42,993 bases of DNA. Source: a virus. Taxonomy: Duplodnaviria; Caudoviricetes. The stretch covers positions 1 through 42,993 of IMG/VR virus record IMGVR_UViG_3300033168_000003, one strand, 5' to 3'. The first letter of the stretch is position 1. Every line of letters begins with the position of its first letter. The translations under genes and the position numbers were made by a program. Shown in pieces: positions 42,481-42,993 of the stretch. The notes under the pieces were generated by a model. The model was not told the origin of the DNA and did not search any database. It saw nothing but the letters and a program-made list of their open reading frames with translations.

Positions 42481-42840
42481 CCTCCCTCCGTCCCTCCGTC
42501 CCTCCGTCCCTCCGTCCGTCCGTCCCTCCGTCCCTCCGTCCGTCCGTCCCTCCGTCCGTCCGTCCCTCCCTCCCTCCGTCCCTCCGTCCGTCCGTCCCTC
42601 CGTCCGTCCGTCCCTCCCTCCTTCCGTCCCTCCCTCCGTCCGTCCGTCCCTCCCTCCTTCCGTCCCTCCCTCCGTCCGTCCGTCCCTCCGTCCGTCCCTC
42701 CGTCCCTCCCTCCCTCCGTCCCTCCGTCCCTCCGTCCGTCCGTCCCTCCGTCCGTCCGTCCCTCCGTCCGTCCGTCCCTCCCTCCTTCCGTCCCTCCCTC
42801 CTTCCGTCCCTCCCTCCGTCCCTCCCTCCGTCCCTCCTCC
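42481..42840. repeat. Mixed CCGT/CCCT tetranucleotide microsatellite, ~360 bp (host side)
   Basis: The plus strand contains no A over ~360 nt. Confidence 0.92.
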
Positions 42841-42993
42841 CATGGCGCGCCGTTGCGTGACCCCGCCCGATCTGTGGAGCGAGCAGACGCCCTGTGGACG
42901 GAGTGCTCCGGAGGCAACCGAGTGCAGCAGGCTCGCGGCATGACGGATGTCGTGCAGACAGGGTTTCCGCTCGACGCGGCCGGCCCGCGGAAG

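Noticed and set aside
41934-42941. ORFs spanning the host-side repeats (335, 144 and 133 aa)
   Set aside because: They are open only because the repeats lack stop codons; the translations are low complexity.

Overview
The window holds an apparently complete ~41.9-kb temperate siphovirus-type prophage (109..41980) in a high-GC actinobacterial genome. It is integrated in the 3' end of an RlmD/TrmA-family RNA m5U methyltransferase gene through a 19-bp att core (CTTCCCGATGACCGAGCAC at 109..127 and 41962..41980), and the phage supplies a recoded replacement C-terminus. From right to left: tyrosine integrase, an ImmA/ImmR-like switch, early genes (Cro, Xis, YqaJ/RecT, resolvase, Dam, replication initiator, helicase loader, helicase), terminase, a portal-MuF fusion, protease/scaffold, capsid, tail and an unusually elaborate lysis region. 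The main observation is a 335-aa class 1 intein (3061..4065, - strand) inserted at the predicted catalytic Cys of a papain-like peptidase. The intein has no in-frame homing endonuclease. Instead a 287-aa HTH/Vsr-like (DUF559-type) endonuclease is encoded entirely inside it on the opposite strand, codon-aligned, with its SD and ATG written into the antisense of intein block F. The next gene is also interrupted by an antisense HNH endonuclease cassette, here with no visible splicing element. The peptidase-intein unit is flanked by 26-bp direct repeats. All family assignments come from motif recognition by eye; no searches were run.
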